Part shown: positions 47,139 through 57,505 of the stretch, piece after piece
Numbering within the stretch: position 1 is the stretch's first letter
How the letters are laid out: every line of letters begins with the position of its first letter
Assembly: GCA_963555995.3 (NCBI GenBank)
Contig: OY821641.1
Coordinates: 1,472,001 to 1,536,000 of the forward strand
Length of the DNA stretch: 64,000 bases
Origin: Vicinamibacteria bacterium
GTDB taxonomy: Bacteria; Acidobacteriota; Vicinamibacteria; Marinacidobacterales; Marinacidobacteraceae
Reading direction: 5' to 3'
Notes under the pieces: model-generated
What the model was told of the DNA's origin: nothing
Databases searched by the model: none
Seen by the model: the letters and a program-made list of their open reading frames with translations, nothing else
Program-made: the position numbers and the translations under genes

Positions 47139-48746
47139 GTGGTTCGAGAGCTGATCGTCACCAGCCTTCCGGGAGAGACCCGGATGGCTCTCCTCGAGGA
47201 GGGCGTGGTGGTGGAACTCGGCGTGGAACACCGCTCCGAGCAGAGCGTGTTGCACGGGATCTACCGGGGGCGGGTGCAGCGCGTCGTGCCCAGCACCCAG
47301 GCGGCCTTTCTGGACATCGGACTGCACCGCAACGCTTTCCTGCAGATTGACCAGGTCCCCCGGGGCGCCCTCGATGCCTGGCGGGAAGAAGGCCGGGTCC
47401 CGGCAGCCGACAAGGGCGGAACCCGGAACGGGAGCGGGTCGGGAGAGTCCGGACTCCGGCTTGAGAACCTGCTGCGCGCCGGCCAGCCCGTGCTGGTCCA
47501 GGTCGTCCGCGAGCCCCTGGGGCCGAAGGGTTACAAGGTCAGTTGCGATCTCAATCTCCAGGGGCGGTTCTTCGATTTTCGGCCGCTGGCGCCCACGGGC
47601 GTCATCACCTCGCGGGCCACGGCGGGACCCCGGGAACAGCTCCGCATCGCGGCGCTGGTCGAGCGCCGGAGCACGCTGAAAGGAGAGTGGGTCGCGCGTT
47701 CCACCGCGGAGCAGCGAGACGAGGAGACGCTTTCGGCCGACATCACGCGCCTCGAGGCCGATTGGGCCGAGATCCGGAAAGAGAGTCTGGCGGGTCCGCC
47801 GGCCTGTCTCCGGGCCGAGGTGCCGATGGTGTTCCGCTATATCCGGGACGTGCTCTCGTCGGGATTCAGCGTGATCCGGGTGGACAGCGAAACCCTCTAC
47901 GGGCGGATGGTGAACTTCATCCGCCAGTTCCTCCCCGGAATGGAGCACAAGGTTCGGCTCTACTCGCGGAACTATCCCATCTTCGAGGAATACGGCGTCG
48001 AGGTGGCCTTCGAGCAGGCGACCCGGCGGCGGGTGCGACTGCCCTCGGGTGGATCCATCATCATTGATCAGACCGAAGCGCTCGTGGCGGTGGACGTGAA
48101 CACCGGCAGTTTCACCGGAGACACCGGGGAGCGCGACGAGACCAACACCGTCACCAATATCGAGGCGGCGGTGGAGACCGCGCGCCAACTCCGATTGCGC
48201 GGACTCGGCGGGATCATCGTGATTGATTTCATTGATATGAAGGAGGGCCGGAACCGGGATCGCGTTTTCCGAACCCTGCAGGCCGAACTGCGCCGGGATC
48301 CGGCCTTCACCCGCGTCGCGCCGCCGGAATCGAGGGCGGGGCTCGTCATCGTTACCCGGAAGCGGGAGCGGCCCTCGCTCGAGTCCGCGCTGCTGGCTTC
48401 CTGTCCGGCGTGCCGGGGATCCGGCCGGGTGCGGTCGCTGGGCGCCGTCTGCCAGGACGTACTGGTTCGCGCCCAGAAGAAGTCGGGAGAGTTCACCGCC
48501 GGGCTCGTGATCCGCGCCGCGCCGTCCGTGGCGTCGGCGATTCGCCGGTCGGCGGTCCTGCCGGAGATCCGGACGGTCGTGGCGGGGCCGGTCGCGATCG
48601 AAGACGCTCCGGCGCTCCCGGAACCACAGTTCGAGCTCGTTCCGGGACTGGTCGAACGCGATGGCGAGGCGGAGACCCGGCCCGGCGCCGCACCGGAGTT
48701 CCTGCCGGCCCCGGCGGTTCCGGAACCGAGCCTGGAGTCCGCGTGA
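47139..48746 (+). CDS. rng: Ribonuclease G / short RNase E family
   Basis: S1 domain GIYRGRV...AAFLDIG, DQTEALVAVDVNTG, GGIIVIDFIDM, CPAC Zn link. Confidence 0.88.
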   Translation: MVRELIVTSLPGETRMALLEEGVVVELGVEHRSEQSVLHGIYRGRVQRVVPSTQAAFLDIGLHRNAFLQIDQVPRGALDAWREEGRVPAADKGGTRNGSGSGESGLRLENLLRAGQPVLVQVVREPLGPKGYKVSCDLNLQGRFFDFRPLAPTGVITSRATAGPREQLRIAALVERRSTLKGEWVARSTAEQRDEETLSADITRLEADWAEIRKESLAGPPACLRAEVPMVFRYIRDVLSSGFSVIRVDSETLYGRMVNFIRQFLPGMEHKVRLYSRNYPIFEEYGVEVAFEQATRRRVRLPSGGSIIIDQTEALVAVDVNTGSFTGDTGERDETNTVTNIEAAVETARQLRLRGLGGIIVIDFIDMKEGRNRDRVFRTLQAELRRDPAFTRVAPPESRAGLVIVTRKRERPSLESALLASCPACRGSGRVRSLGAVCQDVLVRAQKKSGEFTAGLVIRAAPSVASAIRRSAVLPEIRTVVAGPVAIEDAPALPEPQFELVPGLVERDGEAETRPGAAPEFLPAPAVPEPSLESA

Positions 48747-49198
48747 GCCGGGAAGGCCGGCCGGTGACCGTTCGGCTCGACATCGAGACCCGCATCGAGT
48801 GGGTCGAAGTCGTGCTCGGAGTCTTCGAACGTCACTGCGCCCAGTGCGGCTACGAGGCGGATGCCACGCACTGGATGGGGGCGGCGGTCCGGGAAGCGGT
48901 CACCAACGGGATGCGGCACGGGAACCGCATGGATCCCGACAAGCGCCTGCGGATCGAGATCGAAACCCGGGACAGCGGCGGCGGCGGTCCCGCGGTCGAA
49001 ATCGCCGTGGAGGACGAGGGAGAGGGTTTCGACACCGCGGAGGTGCCCGACCCGCTGCTGGACGACAACCTGCTGAAGGACAGTGGTCGCGGCATTTTCT
49101 TCATGCGCCAGTTCATGGACGGAGTGACCTGGACCCGGACCGACCGCGGGGGAACGCGCGTGGTGCTGGTGCAGCGGCAAGTAGCCAGGTCACCGTGA
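48743..49198 (+). CDS. RsbW/SpoIIAB-like anti-sigma factor kinase (HATPase)
   Basis: REAVTNGMRHGN, VEDEGEGFD, SGRGIFFMRQFMD. Confidence 0.85.
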   Translation: MSREGRPVTVRLDIETRIEWVEVVLGVFERHCAQCGYEADATHWMGAAVREAVTNGMRHGNRMDPDKRLRIEIETRDSGGGGPAVEIAVEDEGEGFDTAEVPDPLLDDNLLKDSGRGIFFMRQFMDGVTWTRTDRGGTRVVLVQRQVARSP

Positions 49199-50034
49199 GA
49201 ACCGCCGCCGGCCGGGCCTGCGTCGAAGCGGCGGAAGCCGGGGCCGCGGTCATTCGGAGGGCCCACCACGCCCGTGCGGAGCGCGCTTTCGGGGTCGCCC
49301 TCAAGGGACGGATTGATCTCGTGACCGCGGTGGACCACGCCGCGGAGACCGAGATCGTCGAATGCCTGCAGCGCCTGCTGCCCTCGGTGCCCATCCTGGC
49401 GGAGGAGCGCGGCGTGGTCGGCGGTTCGAAGACCGGGTGCCGCTTCATCGTTGATCCGCTCGACGGAACCACCAACTTCGCCCACGGGTTTCCGGTGTTT
49501 GCGGTGTCCATCGCCTATGAAGAGGACGGGGAGGTGGTAGCCGGGGCGGTCCTCGATCCCGTCCGGGAAGAGCTGTTCACCGCGGAGGCGGGCCGCGGCG
49601 CGTTCCTGAACGGCGTTCCGATTCGGGTCTCGCCGACGGCGGAGATGCAGCACGCCCTGCTCGCCACCGGGTTTCCCTATTCCTCGGAGGCGATGGAGCG
49701 GGCGCTCGACCTGTTCGTCCGCATCATGCGGCGGGTGCGGGCGGTGCGCCGCGCCGGCTCGGCCGCACTCGATCTGTGCTGCGTGGCCGCGGGCCGCCTC
49801 GACGCCTTCTGGGAGGAGACACTCAGAGCCTGGGACACCGCCGCCGGGGAAGTGATCGTGCGGGAGGCCGGCGGGCTCGTCTCGGACTTCGACGGTGGAC
49901 CGTTCACGAACGGCGGCCCGAACATCGCCGTGTCGAACGGGCGGCTGCACCCGGCGCTGCTGGAGATTCTCGCCGAAGCGAGGGCAGCGGAGCGCCCGGA
50001 AGCAACCGCCGTGTCGTCGGCTCCCAGCGGTTAG
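49195..50034 (+). CDS. suhB: Inositol monophosphatase family protein
   Basis: DLVT, VDPLDGTTNFAHG, RRAGSAALDL, WDTAAG. Confidence 0.88.
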   Translation: MRTAAGRACVEAAEAGAAVIRRAHHARAERAFGVALKGRIDLVTAVDHAAETEIVECLQRLLPSVPILAEERGVVGGSKTGCRFIVDPLDGTTNFAHGFPVFAVSIAYEEDGEVVAGAVLDPVREELFTAEAGRGAFLNGVPIRVSPTAEMQHALLATGFPYSSEAMERALDLFVRIMRRVRAVRRAGSAALDLCCVAAGRLDAFWEETLRAWDTAAGEVIVREAGGLVSDFDGGPFTNGGPNIAVSNGRLHPALLEILAEARAAERPEATAVSSAPSG

Positions 50035-50037
50035 CAG

Positions 50038-50796
50038 TCAGAAGCGGACGCGAAGACCGAGGAGCGCGCCCACGCGCGCCACGCCGAGGTCCCCGAAGTC
50101 CGAGAAATCGGCTTGGTGCCGGCTCTCGCCACGGGAGTAGCGGAACTCGCCGAAGACATCCAGTCGCCGCCCGAAGGGCAGCTGGACCACCGCGAAGTCG
50201 AGCCCCGCGCCGGCGAAGAATCCCGTGAGGGAAAAGCGTTCGTCGAGTTCGTCGTAGTAGATGTCGAAGTTCTCGAAGTCCACGAACTCGCCCTGTTCCG
50301 AGTACGCGTAGGACGTCCGGGCCACGCCGACCACGACGTAGGGACTCGCTCGCCCTTGCCCGAAGGGCCGGATGCGCACGCCGAGCGTGTAGTCCGTCAG
50401 GCGGAGCGAGGCCGAGTGCTCGATCTCGGACCCGTCCTCGTAAACCAGGTCCAGGTAGCTTCCCTGGGTCTCCGCCTGGCCGGTATCGAACCCGACGAGG
50501 ATCTCCAGCATCGGCAGCAACGCGTAGTCCAGTTCAAATCCGACACGCCCGGATCGAAAGTCGTCCTCGGTGAGGCCGAACTCCGCCTCGTTGGCCTCGA
50601 AGAGCCGACTGTTGATCTGGAGCGCGCGAAACCCGCCGAAGGCCGAAAAACCATAGCGAGGCCGTGCGGCGGTGAGCTGCGAACGGTCCTGACTCCGGGC
50701 GCCGCGCGGGGGCTGCGCCTCTTCTTCGGCCGCGCCCGCGGTCGCGAGACACGCGGTCGCCAGCAGGCAGGTCAGGATGCGACGGAAGCGGGTCAT
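50038..50796 (-). CDS. Outer-membrane beta-barrel protein, paralogue 1
   Basis: Signal peptide, alternating beta-strands, C-terminal GLRVRF barrel signal. Confidence 0.75.
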   Translation of the reverse strand: MTRFRRILTCLLATACLATAGAAEEEAQPPRGARSQDRSQLTAARPRYGFSAFGGFRALQINSRLFEANEAEFGLTEDDFRSGRVGFELDYALLPMLEILVGFDTGQAETQGSYLDLVYEDGSEIEHSASLRLTDYTLGVRIRPFGQGRASPYVVVGVARTSYAYSEQGEFVDFENFDIYYDELDERFSLTGFFAGAGLDFAVVQLPFGRRLDVFGEFRYSRGESRHQADFSDFGDLGVARVGALLGLRVRF

Positions 50797-50825
50797 GGTG
50801 AGGGTCCTTTCCGCGGCGCCCTTAA

Positions 50826-51004
50826 CAGCCTGTGGACAAAGTCACGCGGCATTCGAACGCCGATGCATCCCGGCTGAACCGCGCCTCTCCGAGGCGCTCG
50901 GCGTTGCGTTTCGGTCGGAATACACTCGGTATTCCTCCCTCACGCGCCTTGTCAGCCGGGTGCCTCGGCGTTCTCGGTGCTCACGTCACTTTATCCACAG
51001 GCTG
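50826..51004. mobile_element. Family B MITE-like element (179 bp)
   Basis: TIR cagcctgtggacaaagt / actttatccacaggctg with TTAA on both sides. Near-identical to 43712-43890. Confidence 0.85.
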
Positions 51005-51040
51005 TTAATGTTGGCGCCAGCGATGTGCGGTTTGCCGCGC

Positions 51041-51135
51041 AGATGCAGTCCCGCGGGTCGGTCAGGCGCCGTGATGGCGCTGCCAGCGGGGAGCGCCGGT
51101 GTTCCGGTCGGCATCGTCCCCCGGAGGGAAACGAA
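51041..51135 (+). repeat. Degenerate family A left end
   Basis: atgcagtcccgcggg...gccgtgatggcg...ggagcgccggtgttccggtcggca, matching the flanks seen at 1497, 20562 and 34800-34840. Confidence 0.55.
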
Positions 51136-51164
51136 ACTCCCATGCGCTTCGAGACGGCGGACCG

Positions 51165-51926
51165 CTACCAGCGGACCCGCAGGCCGAAGAGACCGCCCGA
51201 ACGGTCCAGCTTGAGGTCGCCGAAACCATCGAACCCATCCGTGTGCTGGCCCTGGGTTCGGGCGTAGCGGAACTCGCCGAAGAGTTCGATGCGGCCGCCA
51301 GTCGGCAGACGCACGACGGCGACATCGGCGCCGGCGCCGGCGAAGAAACCGGGCAGGAACGACTTCTCCTCGAACACGTCGTAGTAGATGTCGGCGGTGT
51401 CGAAGTCCACGAAGTCGCCGACTTCCGTGTACCGGTAATAGGCGCCGGTAACGCCGCCGATCAGGTAGGGACGGACCCGCGCCGCATCGCCGAGCAGCCG
51501 CAGCCGCACGCCGAGGCTCAATTCGGTCATGGCCAGCCGCGCCGAGTGCTCGATCTCTCCCCCGTCTTCGTACACGAGGTCGAGGTATGACCCGAACGTC
51601 TCGGAATCTCCGTTGTCGAAACCGATCGAGATGTCCACCCGGGGCAGGACGGCGAAGTCGAACTCGAAGCCGAAGCCGCCGGTCGTGAAGTCGTCGTCGG
51701 TGATCCCGAAGTCGAACTCGTTGGCGGCAAAGAGCTCGCTCGTCACGTTCAGCACCCGGAATCCGCCGTAGGTCGAGAAGGCGAAGCGCGTGTCGCGCGC
51801 GCTGCGCTGCGAGGCGTCCGGATAGGGCCCCCGGCGCGGGGGTTGCCCGGACTCCGCCGCCGCCGTGGCGGCGGCGAACGAAACCGCTGCCAGCAGGGTC
51901 ATCAGGATGTGCCGCGTGCGGGTCAT
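51165..51926 (-). CDS. Outer-membrane beta-barrel protein, paralogue 2
   Basis: Colinear with 50038-50796 (GSYLDLVYEDGxEIEHS, GFFAGAG, FGEFRY) and ends GLRVRW. AGGAG RBS. Confidence 0.75.
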   Translation of the reverse strand: MTRTRHILMTLLAAVSFAAATAAAESGQPPRRGPYPDASQRSARDTRFAFSTYGGFRVLNVTSELFAANEFDFGITDDDFTTGGFGFEFDFAVLPRVDISIGFDNGDSETFGSYLDLVYEDGGEIEHSARLAMTELSLGVRLRLLGDAARVRPYLIGGVTGAYYRYTEVGDFVDFDTADIYYDVFEEKSFLPGFFAGAGADVAVVRLPTGGRIELFGEFRYARTQGQHTDGFDGFGDLKLDRSGGLFGLRVRW

Positions 51927-51971
51927 GGCGAGCTCCTTTGCCGATGGTTGGTTGCGTTGGATCACAATTTT

Positions 51972-51987
51972 CGCAATGCCTGTGCCA
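51972..51987 (-). promoter_or_regulatory. Sigma-54 (-24/-12) promoter
   Basis: The minus strand reads TGGCAC-AGGCA-TTGCG, matching TGGCAC-N5-TTGC, 45 bp upstream of the OMP ATG at 51926. Confidence 0.7.
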
Positions 51988-52113
51988 TAGCCGGCGGGGC
52001 TCGCTCGCGGTCGGCGCGGGGGTCCGCCTGCCGGTCCGCGGCGGAACCCGATCGGCCTGCCCGCGTTATATTCGTTTTCCGCCAGCGGGACCTGATCAAG
52101 GAGGCCACCGTTC

Positions 52114-53679
<1,566 letters not shown>

Positions 53680-53876
53680 GACTTCCGGGGGACGAATTTC
53701 CTACCGATTTGTAACATTCCGGACGGACCGGGGCCGCTACCCTCCGCGGGCAGTGGCCGCCGCACCCTGCTCCGCGCTCAGTCGTCCATGACGAAGCGAA
53801 ACGCCGGTGCGGCGCCTTCCGTTGGCCCGTTGGATTCGCTGTCCCGTCCCGTACCGGGCATGCGCCGAGGGGCGGC

Positions 53877-55046
53877 ATGATCGAGCCTGGAAGCGAAGCC
53901 GGTGGGAGCCGGTTTGCCCAGTTGCCGCGCTTCGCGGGACTGATCCTGCTCTTCGTCCTTTTCCTGGGGGCGATCGACGGCCTGGGGGAGGGATTCAAGG
54001 GTCTCGGTTCCGGGCTCCTCGACGGCTTCTTCCAGGCGTCGGCGAACCCCTTCGTGGGACTCATCATCGGGATTCTGGCCACCACGCTGGTCCAGAGTTC
54101 CTCGGTCACCAGTTCGCTGATCGTGGGGCTGGTCGCCGCCCCCGAGTCGCCGCTGCCCTTCGAGCACGCGATTCCCATGGTGATGGGCGCAAACATCGGG
54201 ACCACCGTGACCAACTCGATCGCCGCTCTCGGACACCTGCGGGACGGGAAGGAACTCCGGCGGGCCTTCGAAGTGGCGACCTGCCACGACATGTTCAACC
54301 TGATCGCGGTGGCCATCCTGCTGCCGCTCGAAATCGCCACCGGGTTCCTGGCGCGCCTCTCCGGCGTGATTGCCGGCCAGTTCGGCGGCCTGCTCGGGAC
54401 CGGGATCGACTACGAGAGTCCCCTCAAGGGCATCATCGAGCTGGTTCCGATACCGATCCAGTGGTTCGCCGGCCTCGTGACCGGCTCCGACGAGGCCGGC
54501 GCCGCAGTGCTGGCCGTCATCTCGGTCGTGCTGCTCGTGGTCGCCCTCGGCTTGCTCGTCCGCACCCTGAAGAGCATTTCGGCGGGCCGGGGCGAGGCGG
54601 CCCTTCACCAGGTGCTCGGGCGCCACGCGCTCCTCGCAATGGGAACCGGGGCCGTGGTCACCGTTCTCGTCCAATCCAGCTCGATCACCACTTCGATGCT
54701 GGTCCCGCTGGCCGGGGCCGGGCTCCTGCTCCTCGACGACGCGTTCCCGGTCACCCTGGGCGCCAACGTGGGGACGACGGTCACCGCCTTCCTCGCCGCG
54801 CTCGCGGTTTCCGGCCCCAACGCCCACTGGGGGTTCCAGTTGGCGGTCGTCCACCTCCTCTTCAATCTGGTCGGGATCTCGCTGGTCTATCCGGTTTCCC
54901 GCATCCGGCAGATCCCGCTGGCGGCGGCGCGCCGGCTCGCGGACATCGCCGTGAGGAACCGGAGTCTGGCCGTCGCCTACGTGATCGTGGTGTTCTACGG
55001 AATCCCGGCGCTGCTCCTGGTGGTCAGCCGGGCGCTCGGCTACTGA
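53877..55046 (+). CDS. Na+/Pi cotransporter (NptA/NaPi-II family)
   Basis: Duplicated QSSSVT/QSSSIT and GANIGTT/GANVGTT repeats. Confidence 0.9.
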   Translation: MIEPGSEAGGSRFAQLPRFAGLILLFVLFLGAIDGLGEGFKGLGSGLLDGFFQASANPFVGLIIGILATTLVQSSSVTSSLIVGLVAAPESPLPFEHAIPMVMGANIGTTVTNSIAALGHLRDGKELRRAFEVATCHDMFNLIAVAILLPLEIATGFLARLSGVIAGQFGGLLGTGIDYESPLKGIIELVPIPIQWFAGLVTGSDEAGAAVLAVISVVLLVVALGLLVRTLKSISAGRGEAALHQVLGRHALLAMGTGAVVTVLVQSSSITTSMLVPLAGAGLLLLDDAFPVTLGANVGTTVTAFLAALAVSGPNAHWGFQLAVVHLLFNLVGISLVYPVSRIRQIPLAAARRLADIAVRNRSLAVAYVIVVFYGIPALLLVVSRALGY

Positions 55047-56882
55047 GCCGGCGGTCGCCCGGCCGGGGACGGCGGGCGGCCCGGGCAGGTTTCCGAAGAG
55101 CCCCGGGTCCGGGCCGGCGCCGGTCACCCGAATCACCTCGGTGACACTGGTTTCCCCTTCGAGGAGCAGCCGTACGGCGGCCTGGCGGAGGCTCCGGACT
55201 CCCCGGCGGCGCGCGGAGCGCGCGAGATCCTCCGCGGTGCCGCCGCCCAGGATTTCAGCGGCGGCCCGGGAATCCACGGGCAGGATCTCGAAAACGGCCC
55301 GGCGCCCCTGGTAGCCGGTGTCGCGGCAGCGCGCGCAGCCCACGCCCGCGCGGACCGGCCGGCCGGCAATCTCGAAGGCGGACAGGGTCTCCGCCTCCGT
55401 TGCGGAGACCGCGGCCTCGCGGACGCAGCCGCGGCAGATGGTGCGGACCAGCCGCTGGGCGACGACACCCACCAGCGTCGTGCCGATCAGAAAGCGCGGC
55501 ACGCCGAGATCGGCGAGACGGGTGATCGCTCCGGGGGCGTCGTTCGTGTGGAGGGTCGAGAGGACGAGGTGTCCGGTCAGGGCCGCCTGCACCGCCATCT
55601 CCGCGGTTTCGGCATCCCGGATCTCTCCCACCATGAGGATGTCCGGATCCTGGCGGAGCACGCTGCGAATGGCGGCCGCGAACGAGAAACGGATGCGGGG
55701 ATTCACCTGCACCTGGCTGAGCGGCGGGAAGACAAGTTCCACCGGATCCTCAATCGTCACGACGTTCACTTCGGGCGTCGCGACGTGCCGGAGCACCGAG
55801 TAGAGCGTCGTGGTCTTGCCGCTGCCGGTGGGACCCGTGACCAGGAGCAGCCCTTCCCGGCGGCTCAGCATGCGGCGGAGCCGCCGTTCCTCGTCTTCGG
55901 CCAGCCGGAGCTGTTCGAGCGACGAGACCAGGGCCGCCGGATCGAACACCCGCAGCACCGCCTTTTCGCCAAACACGGTCGGCAGGGTCGAGACCCGCAG
56001 CTCGATCTCCTTCTCCGATTCGATGCGCTTGATGCGGCCGTCCTGGGGACGGCGTTTCTCGGCGATGTCGAGCCCGCTGAGCATCTTGAGGCGGCTGACG
56101 ACGGCCTGGTACACGATGCGGGGAAAGCTGTGCATGGTCCGCAGGACGCCGTCCACCCGGAAGCGCACGACGGCGTGGTCGCGCTTGGGTTCGAGGTGGA
56201 TGTCCGAGGCGCGGTGCTCGAAAGCCTGGTGGAGGATGCTGTCGAGAGCGGCGACCACCGGGCGGGTGGTGGGCTCCAGATCGCCGGCGGCTTCGGACCC
56301 CGAAAGAAACTCCTGGTCCGCCGCGGGTGGGTCCGCGTGCTCGCCGTGGTCGTGGGTCAACTCGGTTTCCGCGGCGCGCAGCGACGTCCGCAGGTTGTAG
56401 AGGCTGCCGTTGATCCCTTCGATGTCGGAGCGGGTCGCGACCACGACCTTCACCCGCACCCCCAGGTACCGTTCGAGGTCCGCGATGGCCCCGCGGTCGA
56501 AGGGGTTGGCGACCGCCACCGTCAGGGTGTCCGCGTCCCTCGCGAGGGCGCAGATGGTGTGTCGGCGGGCGAACGGCGCCGGGAGGGCGCCGGTGACGAC
56601 CTCCGGGTTGAGTTCCAGGGGGTTGATCGCCCGGAAGGCGAGTCCCGCGTCCTGCGCCACCGCCTGGGCGAGGTCCTCTTCCGAAAGGAGGCCTTCGGCC
56701 ACCAGGGCCGTCTCGTGTCGCGACGGCGGCAGCCGCTCGAGCGCCGCGGCGTGGCTGGCCATCGCGGCGGGGATGCGGCCCTGGCGCCGGAGAAGGTCCA
56801 GCAGGCCGGGAATCGGATTCGGGACGGCGCGGGGTCCGGGCTGCGCCGATGCCGGCGCCACGGGGTGTTCGTCTTGAAGCAA
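55040..56882 (-). CDS. GspE/PilB-family secretion ATPase; the literal ORF has no stop until 53778
   Basis: ASDIHLEP, RRPQDGR, Walker A GPTGSGKTT, TIEDPVE, RQDPDILMVGEIRD, GHLVLSTLHT, CxxC...CxxC. Homology ends near TEVIRV (~55125). The lower coordinate given is the nearest out-of-frame TAG. Confidence 0.85.
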
Positions 56883-57017
56883 TGTTGAAACCTCTCCAAG
56901 TCTCTAGACGCAGATCGGCCCCGTTTTTTCCCGTTTCAGGGCACAATGTGGAAAAGTCGAAGCAAAGCGGCACGTTTGGGCGCGACGCACCGCCGACCGG
57001 TCGCCACCCGCCGTTAG

Positions 57018-57276
57018 CAGCCGGTAGCGAAACTCGCGTGGCATTTGACGCCCGCTGAATCCTCCCTGAACCGTTCGCCTTCGGCTCGCTCATCGTTGCG
57101 TTTCGGTCGGAATACACCCGGTATTCCTCCCTCACACGCCTTGTCAGCCGGGCGCCTCGCCGTTCTCGGTGCTCACGCCACTTTCTCCACGGGCTGCTAG
57201 GTATTCCTCCCTCACGAGCCTTGTCAGCGAGGCCCAGCGTGCGTCTCGGTGCTCACGCCAGTTCCGCCACCGGCTG
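57018..57276. mobile_element. Composite/nested family B element
   Basis: A 179-bp unit (57018-57196), then CTAG, then a second right half (57201-57276). The left end cagccggtagcgaaact pairs with the distal end agttccgccaccggctg. Confidence 0.75.
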
Positions 57277-57298
57277 CTAAACTCGCGCGATCTCGGAC

Positions 57299-57373
57299 AG
57301 GCGCGTAGCTCAGGGGGAGAGCGCTACCTTGACGCGGTAGAAGTCGGCGGTTCAAATCCGCCCGCGCCTACCA
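57299..57373 (+). tRNA. tRNA-Val (GAC)
   Basis: Acceptor stem AGGCGCG/CGCGCCT, D arm TAGCTCAG..GAGAGC, anticodon arm CTACC-TT-GAC-GC-GGTAG, T loop GGTTCAAATCC, encoded CCA. Confidence 0.95.
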
Positions 57374-57505
57374 TTCCTGCTTTCCCGGAACGCGGTGGCC
57401 TCGACAGGCCGGTTTCCGCCCCTCACGGCGGTGCCGGGCGGTGTCCGCCGGGTCGTTGCGCCGCGTCGCCAGCAGGAGCAAAAGAGACCGGGACAAAAAG
57501 ACAGC

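Noticed and set aside
53680-53730. AT-richer ttgtaacatt stretch as a Pho box for the Na/Pi symporter
   Set aside because: Only one weak half-site is present, with no 11-bp-spaced direct repeat.
57299-57373. tRNA as an integration site for an island or prophage
   Set aside because: No integrase and no duplicated tRNA 3' end are visible, and thrS follows directly.
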